Part shown: in pieces, positions 15,001 through 29,600 of the stretch
How the letters are laid out: the number at the start of each line of letters is the position of its first letter
Numbering within the stretch: the stretch's first letter is position 1
Assembly (NCBI GenBank): GCA_001949185.1
Contig: BDGG01000002.1
Span: 6,252,448-6,316,447, forward strand
DNA from: Ramazzottius varieornatus
Lineage: Eukaryota; Animalia; Tardigrada
DNA length: 64,000 nt
Direction of reading: 5' to 3'
Notes under the pieces: generated by a model
What the model was told of the DNA's origin: nothing
Seen by the model: only the letters and a program-made list of their open reading frames with translations
The model's database searches: none
Made by a program: the position numbers and the translations under genes

Positions 15001-18000
15001 TGAGGTTTTCCCTGAGGGATTATAAGGATCTGTCGCTGGCCTTCCGACTTGATGTCGTAGTCGTGGCTTGGTGTCAGAAGCATGCCATCTTTGAACCACT
15101 GGATTTTCGGTTGATCACCAGCAATCACACAGGTGAATATGGCTGGTTGGCCTTGCTCGATTTTCTGGTCACGGAACAGCTCTACGAACTGTGGTGGATT
15201 ACGAGAAACCACCAAAGGCTGGGTAGCTCCCTCAGTTTCCGAAGTTGCGAGGTCTGCCACCTGTTATACAAGACAAAACAGATGGAGCTATGGTTGTTAG
15301 AGGACTACTGTACTAGGTACGAGCTGATTTTGAACCGGAAGTAAAGAAAAACATTTTGAAAAATAGGGAAAAATTTCTCCACAACTTACTCTCAAGTTGC
15401 AGTAGCATTTCCCGATGCCAGCTTCATTCGTAGCTTGAATCTGAAAGACCCCCGCGTCTTCAGCAAAAACTTCGGGAATCTCCAGTACGCACTGGCCAGT
15501 CTTGTCGTCATAACGCGTCACGTAGTCGGCGTCGTCCGGTATCAATACTTCATCCTTGAACCACTTGATGGCAAGCGGTTTGGTTCCTACAGTGGGATCG
15601 AGTTAGCTATCCTTGGACTAAACGTCCCTAATAATTCTCTAAGAAGTTCACGACCGACCTTGCACGTTACAAATTAGCCGCAGCGTAGCTCCTTCTTCCA
15701 CCGAATGGTCAACCAAGAGCTCACTGAACCGCGGTGGTTCCAGCGTGGCTGATGGTTCTTCGTACCGATAAATCTTGGTCTCTTCCAGACGAACAATATC
15801 AGTACGCTCGTACTCGGGCACTTGTTGGGCGGCAGCCGTTGGTTGAGCGCTGGGGAGCTGACGCTCGTCGACCAGTGGAACCATAGGCACTTCCTGGTCG
15901 GTAGTCGAGCGCGTCTCGACCGTCTCCTCCAGCACCTCACTTGACGGAGTCGGCTTTGGTGGAGTTTGCGGTGGAACGTTGGCCGATATGTTCGCTTCTG
16001 TGTCAGGGACTGATTGTTGTTCGGGAAGGGTAACTTTTCCTGCTGCCTCGGGTACTTCTTGTTTGGGTTGCGTTGGCTGATGAACTTTTATCAGGGCGAC
16101 AGTGCTGGCTTCCCCATGCTCGTTCTTGGCTTTGCATGTGTACCGACCGGGTTCGGGCTTGACGATGACCAAACGATGTTTCTCGACTTGTGGACTAGTG
16201 GCGATGACTTCTTTTTGGATGTCGACCGTAAGACCAGCCTGGACAGGCTTGTCGTCCTTTAGCCACACTACTTCCGCGTCGGGGAAGGCGTGCACAATCG
16301 TTTCCAGGTTCAGGGGTTCCGTGTTGTTCGATTCCACATGGACAGGAAGAGGCTGGGAAAACTCGGGTTTGAAGGTAGGATGTGATGGCTTCGGCGCAAC
16401 CGGCGGGGCTAACAGGATAAAATGTTAGTACAATGTGTACTAAGATTGTTTCCACGTCAAATGTTCGCTTTTTTGAAATACCTATTAATTCGTGTTCGTG
16501 CACTGGTATGACTGTGTTGACAGCATGTACAAATCGACGAACCTGGTTTTTCCTTGACGTTGACTAGCGTGAGAGAAGCCACGTCGCCGTCAGGTGTTCT
16601 CAGGACACAGACATACTCTCCTGAGTGCTCCACCGTAGGATTGGTTATAGTCAGGTAATGATGTTGAGCATGGGGGTTTTCCGGTACGTCCTTCTTTCCC
16701 ATGATGATATCGACATTGGCTACCACAATGTTACCATTCTTCAGCCACTGCACTGGAACTTCGGGTTCGGACTGGATGATTGTTTCCAGAGTTATCGTCT
16801 GGCCTTCTTCGGTGTCCAGCTTGAGAGGTAGCGGAAGGAGAATTTCAGCTCGCGATTGGGGCTTCGGCTTGGAAGGTTCTTCAGGTAGAACTGTCTCTTC
16901 CGGTTCACCGTAAACCTCAGTTATCGTTTCGGTTGTTTCTACTGTCTCAGTCTCCATCTTGCCGTCCGGACGTCCTTGTGCGGTATTTGTGTACACCACA
17001 TGGTCGGGCTGCGCTTGAGCAACAGGTTTTTGAACGGGTTGACGAGTTTCGCTGACAGGTGGTACCACAGACACGTGAGGAACCGCAGTGATAGTTGTTT
17101 CGATCTGCGGCTGTACGGAACAGGAAGTTGTGGCTTCTCCGAGCTTGTTCCTTGCTTTACAGCCATACATACCTACAAAAGGGACATCACAGCATTTCTT
17201 CCTTGGATCAAAGTCACCACGCAATTCAGCCCAAACAGGATCATCTCTGTTTTACACGTTTTTCTGAGCGACTAACCTTCGTCCTTCTTGGAGAATTCGA
17301 AAATCACCAGAGTGGCAATCTTGCCGTCGAACTTGATCGCTCGGTTGCGGCTGTCGTGCAGAACTTGGTTGTTCAGTGTCCACTCTAGGTCAGGCACCGG
17401 CACTCCGTTGACATGACACTCCAGCTTGACCAGATCTCCAATCTCTGGTACGATCGGCGTCAGGAGCTGCGTGAAGTATGGAGGCTCTTCTCCCGACTTG
17501 TTTTTCGAGCTGAACGAGATGGAGCAAGTAGCGACACCGCGAGGATTGGTCGCTTTACATTCGTAAGTACCTACAGATGAATTAGTGAATCAATGCGAAG
17601 AGGTCGAATTGTGTTTCCTTGTATACAGTTGAATTTCTCACCTTGATCTTCTATACCAGCATTCGGTATGATGATCTTCGTAACACCTTGCTCATCTGGA
17701 GGAATCACCACAATCTTGGACTGGTTCGGATACAACTGCTGACCGTTCTTGTACCACGCTGTATCGGGCTTCGGGTTTCCGATAACCTGACACTCAAACT
17801 GCAGCCCGCTACCTTCCACTGCCACTGTGTCTTGTGGAGTCCGCAGGAAGACCGGTGGCGTCATGTCGTCCATCTTCGGCTTTTTCGCTTCGTGCACTAT
17901 CAGCCTACCTTCCGTCGTCACCATTCCACTTGGATTCTCAGCGCAGCAAGTGAAGAGCCCGGTGTCTGCTGGAAAGCATTCAGTGATCGTCAGGGAACAT

Positions 18001-21000
18001 TCACCACTGTTGAGATTTCGATCTGGAACATAGCGAGGGTTGTTCGAGACTGGAAGACCGTCGCGCAACCAGCGAATCATCGGAGAAGGTATCCCAGCAG
18101 CTTGGCAGTACATAGTGACTGACTGTCCGGCTCGTGCTTCGATGTCCTGCAAAGGCTCCGTGAATGAGACTGGTTGAGGCTTTTGGGCGACAGGCGGCGC
18201 TTCTTTCTGAACATCAGTCTGTTCTATCCGAATGTGATGCTCGTGGCTTTCGGTTTTCTGGGCTTTGGTTGGCGGTTGACCGAGATCTGGCTCTTCGGAG
18301 GACTTTGCTCGTGTGGACTTGACGACTTTGGAATGAAGGTTCTCGGCGATGCTGAAGAGCTCGTTGCTAATTACCGCGAAGGCATCCATCACATCTTTGT
18401 TCTTCTGGCTGAGATACTCGACTCGCTTTGGTCCTTCTTTTCCTGCAAAATAAAGCGCAAATATCCCTAGTGCTTTTTCGATTCAACACTTTCAGATTCA
18501 TATCGGACGTGGGCAACTTCGGCAAATGATTTCATCAGATCACATCAAGTGGAGGACGTTAAAATGTACGCCACTTGGAAAAACGATCTGACGACTTCCT
18601 TTTGCCGACGTTCCATATCATAGTTATGATTATACCATAAATTTGCAGGCTGAGTTCCAAGAGGGTGCGAACTCTTTGTTCCTGTTTCTTCTCTCCCGGT
18701 CCAAGAAAGCTTTCCAGCTGACTGATGACGTTGTTCGCGTCTTCGGGTCCTCGGCACTCCGTGGTCTTTCTCCCAATCGTCACTAGCGCCTGCGTGGCTT
18801 CTTTGAACCATTTCTCTGTTTCTTCCAGCACCTCGAAGAACTGTACCGTCAACTCTGTCCGCCTGGTCAGATTCTGAACGTCCCGATGGAACGTCGACCA
18901 CATCTTTTCCACTTCGTTCCGGGTCTTTTGCAATTCCGGCGCCTGTGCGGCGTTCTCCGGAGCCGAGATGAACTTCTCCACAGTGGAAACGAAGTTCCGA
19001 ACCTTCACGTTGATGACTTCGACAGTCTTAATGAACGTTGTATGGACTTCATAGAGACGCTTAGCACCTTGCAGGCTCTCAACGGTTTCTTCTTTCCGAC
19101 GGTTCATCTGCTCCGTCAGCTCTTTGATCTTCTGTCGGAGTTCGTCGGTCTCATTCCTCAGTTTCATGATTTCCATCTGGTGTTGCACGTCTTGGTTCTG
19201 TTGGTTCCACCGTCTTTCCCAGTCATCTTTCTTGTCTCGGATACTCGACTGGAAAGTGTCGAGGTTCACCTGGTTCTGCGGGTGTGTTTGTCGGATGCGG
19301 TTGACGATGTTGTCGCCCAGGTTCACAGCTACCTCATACACATGGATGATTTTCTCGTGGTATTCGTGATAATGTCGAGTCTCTGTGATTTCCGTTGGTG
19401 GCTTCTGTCTGATCATTGCTTCGTATTCTTTCATCAGTCTATCAAGTTCTTCGATACAAGAGTAAAACTCTTTGGACATGTTCAGGAGGACTTTATATTC
19501 TTCGATACGTTTTGAGAACCTCTCGTAGGTTTTGATCAGGTCGTTCACCACCGTGTCTCGTTCAGCGGTACTCTCGACCTCAATCGGGATATCTCGGGAG
19601 TTCTCGACCAACTTCTCGACCTTCATGCGTACCTCCTATACAGGTCAAACATGAAAGCTGTGATTAAACCTTACATTTCGGAGATATCAGTAGTTATTTT
19701 GAAAACGTCTTTTTGGGTATGTCGTGCCGTCAACAACACTTTCTGTCACATATTTGGGAGCTCTGCGAACAAAATCGACCAGACTGCTTTTACAAGTAGC
19801 GCACGTTTTAGCAAAATTGGGTGGACGATTTCAATTTTGTCACGTTTGTTTGTGGGGCACCCATTCGGCTCTTTTTGTACTATGTTTCTTTATGTTACAT
19901 TTTTTGGTGTAATATATTAAATTATGTATAATGATTTTTAATGTTAATAAATCGTGGATCGAAATTTCTCGTCCATGGTGTCTTACCGTAATGACGGGTT
20001 CGAATGCGTTGACCTTGTTTTGCAGCTGCTGGGCCTCTTGCTGGGAAGTACCCAGATAGCCCAGCTGCATTCCATCGAAGACCTCTCGTTCTGTTTTGAG
20101 AATGTAGGTGACAGTGGTCGTAACCTCCTCCACATACTCTCTCCACTGAGCCTTCCTCTGCCGCGTCTCATTCAGTTGTTGCGTCACTTGAGCAAAGTTT
20201 CGAAGATCTTGTTGGAGCTTCTCCAGCGTACTGTTGACTGTTTGAGCGGCTGGGCCAACATCAACTTGAGCCATATCAGCTCCACCTGCTCGAATTTCAA
20301 AAATAGTTATTACAACATCAAAAATAATGAATGCGGTGCAAAACTTTCAGTCTGACCTGCTTTATTGAAGAAATCGCTGGCTTTGGTTTGGAGGTTCGAT
20401 ATGAGGGAGTGAAGTGAGGCCAAGCGCTGATCAAAGTTGTTCGCGTTGACGTCAGATGACCCAGAGTCGGCTTGTACTGCACCGGAAAGAGACTGAAGGA
20501 CTTCAATCTCGGAAGATACCTTTGCCGCTGTCTTTTGGAAGTCAGAGTACGGAGACACAATTTCTAAACGGGACGTCAGAATGCTCGACAGCTCGCTCCA
20601 TCTGTCCTTCAGATTATCAGTTTTCCGGGTTATCTCAGCTAGCTCAACTGGGTCGAGCCCGTCAGGATCGCTGGCGATATGAGAAACCAGATCGACGAGA
20701 GAGAACATCTTGTTCTCCTTGGCTTTCATCTCATCATACACTTGCTCGTGAACGTCCAAGAAATCCCTGATTCCGTTTAATGTTGTCGGAAGTACGTTCT
20801 TGCTCTGCAATCAAACAAGCCAAATCAAAAATCGACATTTTAATTTTCCCCATACAAAAAGTCCCAACCGGAAACCTCTTTGGAGCTGGGCGAATACATG
20901 CATGTATACAAGGTCGGTATCTTGAGCGGCGCACCGTTCCAGTCAGTGGCAACGAAGCTGTGCGCCCAAGACAGCGATGTTGTACGTTGTGTTTGCCCAG

Positions 21001-24000
21001 CGCTTAGGAAACGCGGTTTATAAGACAGGATTGAACCATTGATTGGTTACCTTTAAGAGGACCTCAACGATATGCGTAGTCCATTCGTACAGCTCCGTGA
21101 ATATTTCAGTGAACTTCTTGTAGTTCTCGCTGTGTTTCGCCATAGAACTTTGGAATGCCGAGCACTGTTGCTCCAAGCGGTTAAGCACCTCATGAATAGC
21201 CTGCAAGGCTCCTTCCACTCCACTAGCATCCATGTCTTCGGCACGCTCCATGATCATATGGGCTTCGTGGATGATGGGGCTCGTGAAGGCCTTGAGGTTC
21301 TCCAGTACTTCCCTTTGGCGATTAATGATGTCTTCCGGCTTAATATGCTGCTTCTGTTTCTCCATGTCGGAAAGGGCTTGTTGTTCCTGCGGTAGTCGAT
21401 GGAAGAACGCCTCGACATGCTCGTAGAACTCTTTGGTGATGGAGAAGAGGAATCTACGTCGGTCGACACGCAGGTAAATTTTGTCAACTCTGTCGACTAG
21501 TACTTGGAAGTCGCGGTTGTCTTCCGGCGGACAAGGCGAAATCTGTGCGTGTAACCGCTGAAGCTGGTGCGAAAGATCGTACAACTCCTATACCCAAATT
21601 TCAAAACCGAGTTTCAAGCCCGCACAATATTTTTAAAAATTATGTTTTCGACGCACCTTGACTCGTTGTTCCAAGGTTTCATGCTCGCTGATTATTTTGT
21701 GGGTATCGGCAAGATTCAGTCCCAGAGCTGTAAACCTTTTATCCATTTCCACAACCTTCTGGTACAGCTGGAGCAGTTGCTCCATACTATGCCTCAGAGA
21801 CTTCAGTTTCTGCTGGACAAGCAAGTCTGCTCGTCGTCGCTGCCAGAGTTCTTCCAGCTTCCGTCTCCGATCATGGACGTTCTAAACTCAGCCATCATCA
21901 GGACATTTTCGATTAAACCGTTTGAACCTATTACACACGCAGCCACGAAGTACCTACCTCTAGAAGGCTTTCGACCACATAGCAAGCAGAAGATGTTGCG
22001 TGCTTATAACCGCGCGAATCGGCAGCAGGTATCCGCCCGAGGTCGTTGATGTGATCCACCAGGCTTTGAGCTTCGCCCAACAAGCGAATGGAAGATTCAA
22101 GAATATCTAGAGTAAGAAAAACAAAAATTTCAGATGTCTGTTTGGAGGAACCCAAAGATCTAAAAACGAACAGGTGTACCTTTTCGCACCGTCTCGTGTT
22201 CTCGTAGCCAGTCTCGGGCGCTGCCGGTGTAAGAACCCATATCTTTCTCCATTGCCTTTTGCGTGCTGGCAATTTTTTCATTACACTACAACATTTCGCC
22301 GGTTTATGCGTTAAAGATATCGCGATAAGACCCCTCGTAAAATTACTCATCTGCTATCAAAGTAACACATGTGGCGATACTTACCTCAGCGACTTGTCTG
22401 TGGAAGTCCACGGCGCGTTCCAAAAGAAGACGCCGGTATTCGAGAAGGTCGTTAAGATCCCGCCACGCCTGGCCTAGACTATCCGCCATTGCTCCATACA
22501 CTTCCCGCTTTGGTTGCTGCGTACTTATCAGCTCGTCGGCTTGCGCCAGTAATTCCTCCACATTCGGCTGCTTCGCCTATAGGATCACAAAAATCGAAAT
22601 AATAGTTCAAGGACGAAATGGGACGTCGGCAGATGACTTGAACGTGATGGTTTTCCCAAGTGGCGCACACATTCAGTTCGCACGTGCGCCACTGCGGGCA
22701 AAGATAGTGTTGAATCCATTTGCCGAAGTCCGAAATCTTGTTCCAGATGAAAACCTGCCTTTTACAATATTCAGTGTAATATCATAAAAAATTCAAGAGA
22801 TGGTTTTGATCGCTTGGCACATCGACCTGCCAGCAGTATGAGAACACAGAAGTACTAGAAGCAGTTAATCGTCGTGTTTCCAATGTCGCTCACTGGTCAA
22901 GCAATGGTTAAGTATATACACGTGAAAAACACGAATACTTTCACTTCCGCATCACTTGCGGTCATATCGCATCTGTGGGGGTGTTTTTGCATGACAATGA
23001 GAAAAAAAATGATATCGATGACCGCCTGTCGCTACAGTTTATACTGATCGATTGGCCCGTTAAATTCCTCACTTTTGAGAGCTTTGATAAGGTGCACATG
23101 TTCTAATGTCTTTCGGCAATACCAATCATTTCCTGATCGACGCTGCTAAACGATGTTCTACGCTGCACGATCGAAGACACTTCGACATTCATTCTGATCG
23201 CTGTCTTGTTTCTATAAACTTCTACAACCGCTCAAGAAGATTTTCTAATCGCTTGCCAAACTTAAGAATGACAGAGATTTGCTGCAGCTGGTTCTCAGCG
23301 TTCTTTCGCATTCTGCTCTTCATATCAAGACAGCTTCAATAACCTAAAACCTGCGCGTGGAAAGGGAGAACGGAGAACCCCAGTGGAGAACCCGGCCACT
23401 GCGTTACCAGCTCGAGCAGAATCTTGGGGGTTCTTCCCACCACCAAAGCATCGGCATTTATATATTTTCCCGGTCAGTCGAGTCGTTAAAGAATGTTATT
23501 ACCAATGTACAGTATAAAGAGCAATGACATTTACCAGTAGTTTGGCCAGACATCCGTTGTGCTCCTTTTGAAGTTCAAGAGCCTCTTCCAACGTTCTGCC
23601 GACTTCGGTAACTGGCGGCTCCATCTCTTGAATACGCAGATGTAGGTCATTCTTGTGCTGCAACAGAGAACAATTGTAAGTTTAAGCAATCTGCATTAAA
23701 GTTTCGTCTTACGGAAAGCTGACTTATTCGTGGAGGACGACAAGTACTCGCGCCCAATGGCGATCGCGAAATGTTCCAGGAGGGCCTGTATACACAGCCC
23801 ATTCGCTAACGCAGGAAGACTACTTAAAATAAAGACTTTGAACAGCTCTTGACCTCGCTAACACGTTCCTCACGCCAGCCTCTTGAGCCAGCGAGAATTC
23901 ATTCACGTATAGCCAGCGAACGGAAAGCCTAGTTTCATGCGCGTAACGTAATGTCGCTGTAGTGGCCGCCGGAAATGGTTGCTGCCGAAAGAGACGGGTC

Positions 24001-25039
24001 CAGCGAAGCTTCGGTTCCAGTGCTCACTTCTCGCAAGATACACGTCCATCGCAGTCCGCGCAAGATGCGGCCATCCTCAGGATTAGCTAAAGAAGTAGTA
24101 ATCCAAAAGATTGGACGATGAAAGTGTGTAGTCGACGACGAGAGTCCAACATGGGAAGGGACAGCGAGAACAAAAAGGAAACAAATCAGAAGCTGGCAAA
24201 ACTGGCCCTTCGGCCATGCGATGCAGCGATGACATCAGTCTTTGGTTGATTGGTTATTGAACCACTCACACATTACGTACACGGGCTATTACGACTTCAC
24301 CATACGGCTTGCCATTGTTTCCAGCTGACCAGTGATCAAGACTCCGCGATGACGTATGTGCACGTCTGTCTTCGCAGTACGTGGGAGCACATTCGCTTTC
24401 TCGAACTTTCCCAGGAATTTTGTTGACGGCTATCGATTGCAAACAGGGTCTGTTACAAATGAGAAACGATGCGCATTTCACGAAAGTATAGCGCCAGCTT
24501 TGATGTCCTTGACTTAAGAGACAACAATCCAAGTTGCTTTGTTCCCCATCAGTGCAAAGATGAAGTGCTGCTCGTTTAACCTGGGGCTCTCGACCTCTTA
24601 CGAGCTAGAGCCTTGACAGCGGATCGCAGAAACTTTCCCGAAGATTAGGAGATCGCCAGAAGAATCTCACACTTTTTTTTCCTTCAGCGCGAAGTTTTTT
24701 TAAGCAGTATGCACTCGCACGTGGCACTCCAGCAGAAGAGGCCCCACACGTCAACTCTTCCGTACAATCTTCACTTCGTTGCAAGAAGCTACTGCGCAGG
24801 CTGTGGCGAAGTCGATCGGCGTATCCAAAGTATCCCTTAACACTTCACCCTAGCTGGCGTATGGCTGGTTTTTCGTCAAGATAACGTGAGTTAATTATGA
24901 TCTAAAGTCAATTTAGACCCACCTTGAGGACAGCCAAGACAATTCGGGTCTTTCCGGTTTGCACGGCAATTGTGCTAATGGTGGTAGACGTGAGGCCGGC
25001 GGTGGCAGCACCAGCCACCTCCCCTCTTCGCACTTCCAT
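1..25039 (-). CDS. sls: Sallimus/titin-like giant muscle protein (CCDC141/zormin-like spectrin N-terminus + kettin-type Ig array); multi-exon, 3' part continues beyond window start
   Basis: Many I-set Ig exons (P.F...L, W..NG, D.G.Y.C.A.N..G), with the kettin-type (N/T/H)DFG(F/Y)V.L.I motif and ESQ/HP..L.KI..LE linkers in ORFs between ~1271 and 10826. Helical spectrin-like exons at ~18630-22580. First exons found by hand: 25039-24923 (MEVRRGEVAGAATAGLTSTTISTIAVQTGKTRIVLAVLK), 23657-23535, 22576-22385, all phase-0 GT-AG. Confidence 0.9.
186..215 (-). repeat. Coding poly-Q tract (CAG)3(CAA)7 in a Q/P/S/T-rich exon of the sls-like gene
   Basis: Plus strand (TTG)7(CTG)3 reads Q10 in the minus-strand frame ...RQMMQQQQQQQQQQTLQ. 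Confidence 0.8.
9578..9634. repeat. Intronic hairpin repeat family copy (AAGYGGCGCAC...GCTGAA.GTGTGCGCCACTTGGG)
   Basis: Inverted arms aagcggcgcac / gtgcgccactt inside an sls intron; homologous copies elsewhere in the window. Confidence 0.75.
18545..18584. repeat. Degenerate copy of intronic hairpin repeat family
   Basis: tcaagtgg...gtacgccacttggaaaaac in an sls intron. Confidence 0.55.
22651..22698. repeat. Intronic hairpin repeat family copy
   Basis: ttttcccaagtggcgcacacattcag...gtgcgccact in sls intron 2, opposite orientation to the 9578 copy. Confidence 0.75.
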
Positions 25040-26657
25040 TGTGCAGCAGATAAATTAAGTCGACACAACGATGAAGGCTCAACCCCCCTTCAGGAAGTGC
25101 TAATTGATTAAAAAATGCCGGTAGCAAAATCAGCTCACATTTTCGTTAGCGGTGATATATTCCACATATAAATCCACGTGCGCACAAAGAACCGAGCTTT
25201 CTAAGGCTTGGGCTAGACAATATTCCGCTGCTCCAGCGCTTCCGAACACATGAAACAACTGCAGTATTATATTCGCATGCGTAAAAATCTTCATGGGCTG
25301 CTGGAGCCAAATTTGAGAGCGGAGATGTGCCAACGCGTGAGCCGCCAATGTCGTCAGTGAAAGTGCGAAGGCTTATGCTGGTGCTGCAAAGTCAAGAGTG
25401 AGCCAGCAACGTTGGAGTAAATCGTATATTCACAAACAACAAATCGGCAACACTGCTGACATTATTTTCGGCACGGTATGCTTTAAGAATACATGATCAC
25501 TTATGACGGATTGGGGAGGCGGTACTGGTGCTTAGCTTTTTTTAATTCATACTCTCATATACGAGACTGTAAGCACCTGGCAGTTTTTTACCGTAAGCTC
25601 CAAGTACCCTCGTCATTTTCTGCTCAATTATACCGCCTCTCATATGCCTTTCTGCTGATATGCATGAAGAAATCTCCGGTCAAACCAAAGTAACAGTTCA
25701 TCTTTCTGTGAGACTTATTAGTATATTTCGATCTGGGCCGTCATATCACTGCTTTTCTGCTAATTTTAAAATTTGTGAATCGGCCCAGGAAGATAATCAA
25801 GGCTGCACTAAAGTATGTTGCGGACATCGTTTTTCAAGCTTGCGTGCTCCATATTTTCCAGCGTAGTGATATTTTCCGGCGATGGTGGAAGTGAGGCACA
25901 TCTCGCCGTGCGTTTCAGCTGTTTGGTCTATGCATATATATCATAACTTCGTGACCATAATCCAAATTTGGAAGTACGAGGATGACATCATCGTCTGCTA
26001 AATCGGCACTCTCGACGTACCCAGCTAGAGGGTGGACCATTCACGCGCATCCAAGTTCCTCGTGAGAAGAAGAGAGCACTTTGAAATGATCGTGCTGGTT
26101 ACGTATACTCTCTCATGGTGTCATTGCAAAATTTGTACAAGCAGGCCATTCTGAGACCTCGACTTACAACTTTGCATGCAAGGTGGCAGACGTATCGGGA
26201 GTGTCATAGTTCCTGCCAACAGAAGCCTTCTCACAGTCACCATAATAATACGGCTACATAAACCTTCTGCTGTAATGACTGATGCGGAGCCTTGTGCTGG
26301 TAAAACTGAAAAGTTTTATGAGGCTCATTATCTTGAGCATGGGAATATATCCCCAACACCTGCTTTCAAAAGAGACAGCATGTTGAACCACAGGCAGTAA
26401 CAACACAACAAGAAAAGTCATGTTTGGTCAGTAACGCGAACCAGCAAAATGACCAACAACATCGAAAAATACGTCCCTTACAACAAGACCTCTTGAGTAT
26501 TAAGGAAAAATACTTCGTACCGGGACGTATTAAGTAGACACATTTCTAAAAAGTCAAAAACCAGAAGGGAGGTGGTTAAACCTGAACAGAGAAAACTTTG
26601 GTTCGTGAACCCGCAAAGTGGTCCAGCAGGTCGCGGTTCCTCAGCGTCAGAAGAAGC

Positions 26658-29600
26658 TCAAGCAACAATCTCGATAACCTGGCTAGTGGGACTTTGGCTT
26701 TGAGGAGAGTGCAAAAGCACGTCTTGAGCGAGCCCTAGACTTGTCCGTTTGCTCAGGTCAGATTCCGAACTGACCGATGACTGGGTCTTCGGATACTTCC
26801 CGTGGTGACGATGCAGCATGGGAGGCAGTAAACATATCACTGATAAGGCCATTGCCTACAGTAAACACACACCAACATGACAATGAGACCATTCTGGCCA
26901 TATTTGATCTTGAAAAATATGAGAAAGTAAATATTACGTACAATGTGCCATATGCTATGAACGAACTTATAGTTCCGCTTCGTTTCCTAGGAGAAAACCA
27001 GAGCCATATTCCAGCAAGCAAAATTTTCGAGAAGGGATATGGATACATACCACGGCCGCGAATAAGATTAGTCCGAGAGTGGCGAAACAGAATCCAGGCA
27101 AGAAATGGACCAACCAATATCGCTTCCGTGGCGCCACCATTTTCATTCTGTACGACCTACAGAACGGAAAAGCTACACGTAAAGCGGTAAAGAAGCATAC
27201 CAAAGACTATTCACGGAGTACGTACCTGAAACCCCAAGACGCTCCCAGGATAACCACCGCAGTGATGGCCGGCACCACGAATGTCCACAGACCTGTTTTG
27301 TCGTACTCCACGCCCAGAGCGATTCCAATACAGCCAAGAATATGTACAAGGGACTGGATTTTGTAGGGAAGGTCCGCCATGGCGATGATGGTCACCCAAA
27401 AGGACAGAATACTGAAAGAAGATCGACACATAAAGTGCGCCATTCCGAAAATTTTACCCAAAGCACGATACTGGGTACATATGTACCTGACATAGAAATC
27501 ACAAAACTGAAGAACCCGATACTCCATTATGCACAGCTGATGGCTTTTCAGCGGCTGATCACACGCATCTGAAACGGAATAGGTTGTGAGAAAGGAAGAA
27601 CTCTAATTTGAGAACGAGCGAGCTCAGCCAAAGAAAATAGATATCCGCGTACGGTAGAAGGAGCTGAAAAAGCACGTGCAGAAATACACAGCCGCCTCGG
27701 TATAGTGTTTCCGTCTGATGGCCACAACGCCGGCTGGGATGAACAGCAGGTTGCTGATGGTCAAGAAGATCACAGACATGTACAGCTCGGCAGAACTCTG
27801 AGCCTCAGAACCATCACTGCAGTCCCATCCTTTGTAGCCTGCTGCACAATTGCATGAGCTGATGATCAGGACACCACTACTTCGGACCACTATACAACTC
27901 CCGTAAGGACCACAAGTCTCCTTCACACACTGTTCCAGCTTCACCTGCGACCAGAAAAACCTTCACTATCCAGCTGCCACAGCTCAAAGCTAACGCACGG
28001 TCGGACGTACCTTGATTTGCAGAGGAACGTAAATCTCATCAACTTCGGCCGTCTTCGTTGAAGCCAGCAAAGGCCTGCCTTGGATGTTGATGTTCCAAGT
28101 TCCCACTTCCGGGTACGGTACGAATGCTTCGGCGTACTGTAAAGACTTGTTCAGCCGAATCAAGGGTCCTCCGCAGTTATCCTCGATCTGCAACACAGAC
28201 CTTCCTTATATTTCGGAAGCAAAAAGAGTGAAAATACAGCAAGAAAGTGAATGGTCCACCTTACCTCGAATCGAGAGCCTTGTCCCAAACTCAAACACGC
28301 GATCAACGTGAAGTTCTCCAGATCATCCAACTTGGCTTCAGTGAGGTTCAGCGACAGGTACAGCGTGCCACCGGTATCTTTGTACGGTACAATGTCGAAC
28401 CTCAGGATGGTGTCCGAGTACATATGAGTGGGCAAGGCGACATAGTCGGTACTCGGATAAGATGAATGACTTAATCCGAAAGCGCTCGTCAAGGGTAAGC
28501 TCAAGTCTATCCGACTCATATCCACGACGAAAGGACACAATGGCTGACTGTACGGACTTGTCTCGTTTGCCAACAGCAATTGTATCGCAGACTCGTTGAC
28601 GAACGTCTTGTTCCCAAAAACCAAACTGTTACTCATCTGCCCAGCGGAAGTTGAGTTCTTGTGTGCGATTCTGTCACGGTTCCCTTTCTCTTGAAGTCGG
28701 TTGATTTCTTCGGTTATTGCCATGCTGAGCGGCTTCCGGCAGGACATAGCGGTGGCTGTGATGAAGATGGGCGCTCCTGAAGCATTATTCCACTTGACGA
28801 GGATATACTGCGTAGTTCGCTGTTTCGGCGCGTACACCAGGTTGCATGTTGAACTGTTGTCGCACGTGCGAGCGTGCACACCGTTGTTGGTGGAAAACAA
28901 TGGCAAGCCACCGGAACGAGCTCTGATCTGTGTTTGTGGACAGGATGTGCCGTTGTTGCAGTTCAGGGTGATATCGACGGCGTCAAAATAACTTTCCTAA
29001 AATAAACCACCATGTCGGTTACTTATATATATTATATGGACGCATACATGGTGCAATCAAGAGTTCAAATAAAGTAAAGATATTTTTCCAATGAAATTCC
29101 AAGATTTCACTGGTCAAGATTTACAGTATGATTTGACCAACGTACTGGTAAAATTAGTTTGAACATGTGCTGGCAAGAGCATTCAGGTTTCGGCAGGAAC
29201 CATCTGCCTTCGCCCGAATTCAGCTGGGTTAGGGTGTCTGTATATCCCGACGTCAAAAAGGAGGAATAATAGCTGAGTTCACATTTCGTAAACAAGCCTG
29301 TCTGTTTGATGCCATGATTAACCTCCTGAGGTTTGATAAAGACGGCCGAGTACCACAAGCCACCTGTAGGAGCCGGAATTGTTAATTTATGGGTGGTTGC
29401 GTCGGCGCGATACTGGAACGATAGTATGTTGGTTCGATTGCCATACGCATTCCCCGGGAGGGGCGAGTTGGTCGGGGAGAACAGCGGGAACCCTCCATAC
29501 TGCACGTAGACAACTACTGTCCTGTCCCGAGAACAGCTTTCGGGCGCGCTGACGGACGAGAACCCAAAGATCACCGAGGACGTTTCTGGTGGTACGTCGT

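Noticed and set aside
300-22800. Many long plus-strand ORFs over the sls-like gene
   Set aside because: Antisense shadows of minus-strand coding exons; no motifs or splice structure of their own.
23713-23785. Possible extra sls exon (one frame reads ARVLVVLHE)
   Set aside because: 73 nt between AG and GT would shift the frame; the true upstream match is the exon at 24923-25039.
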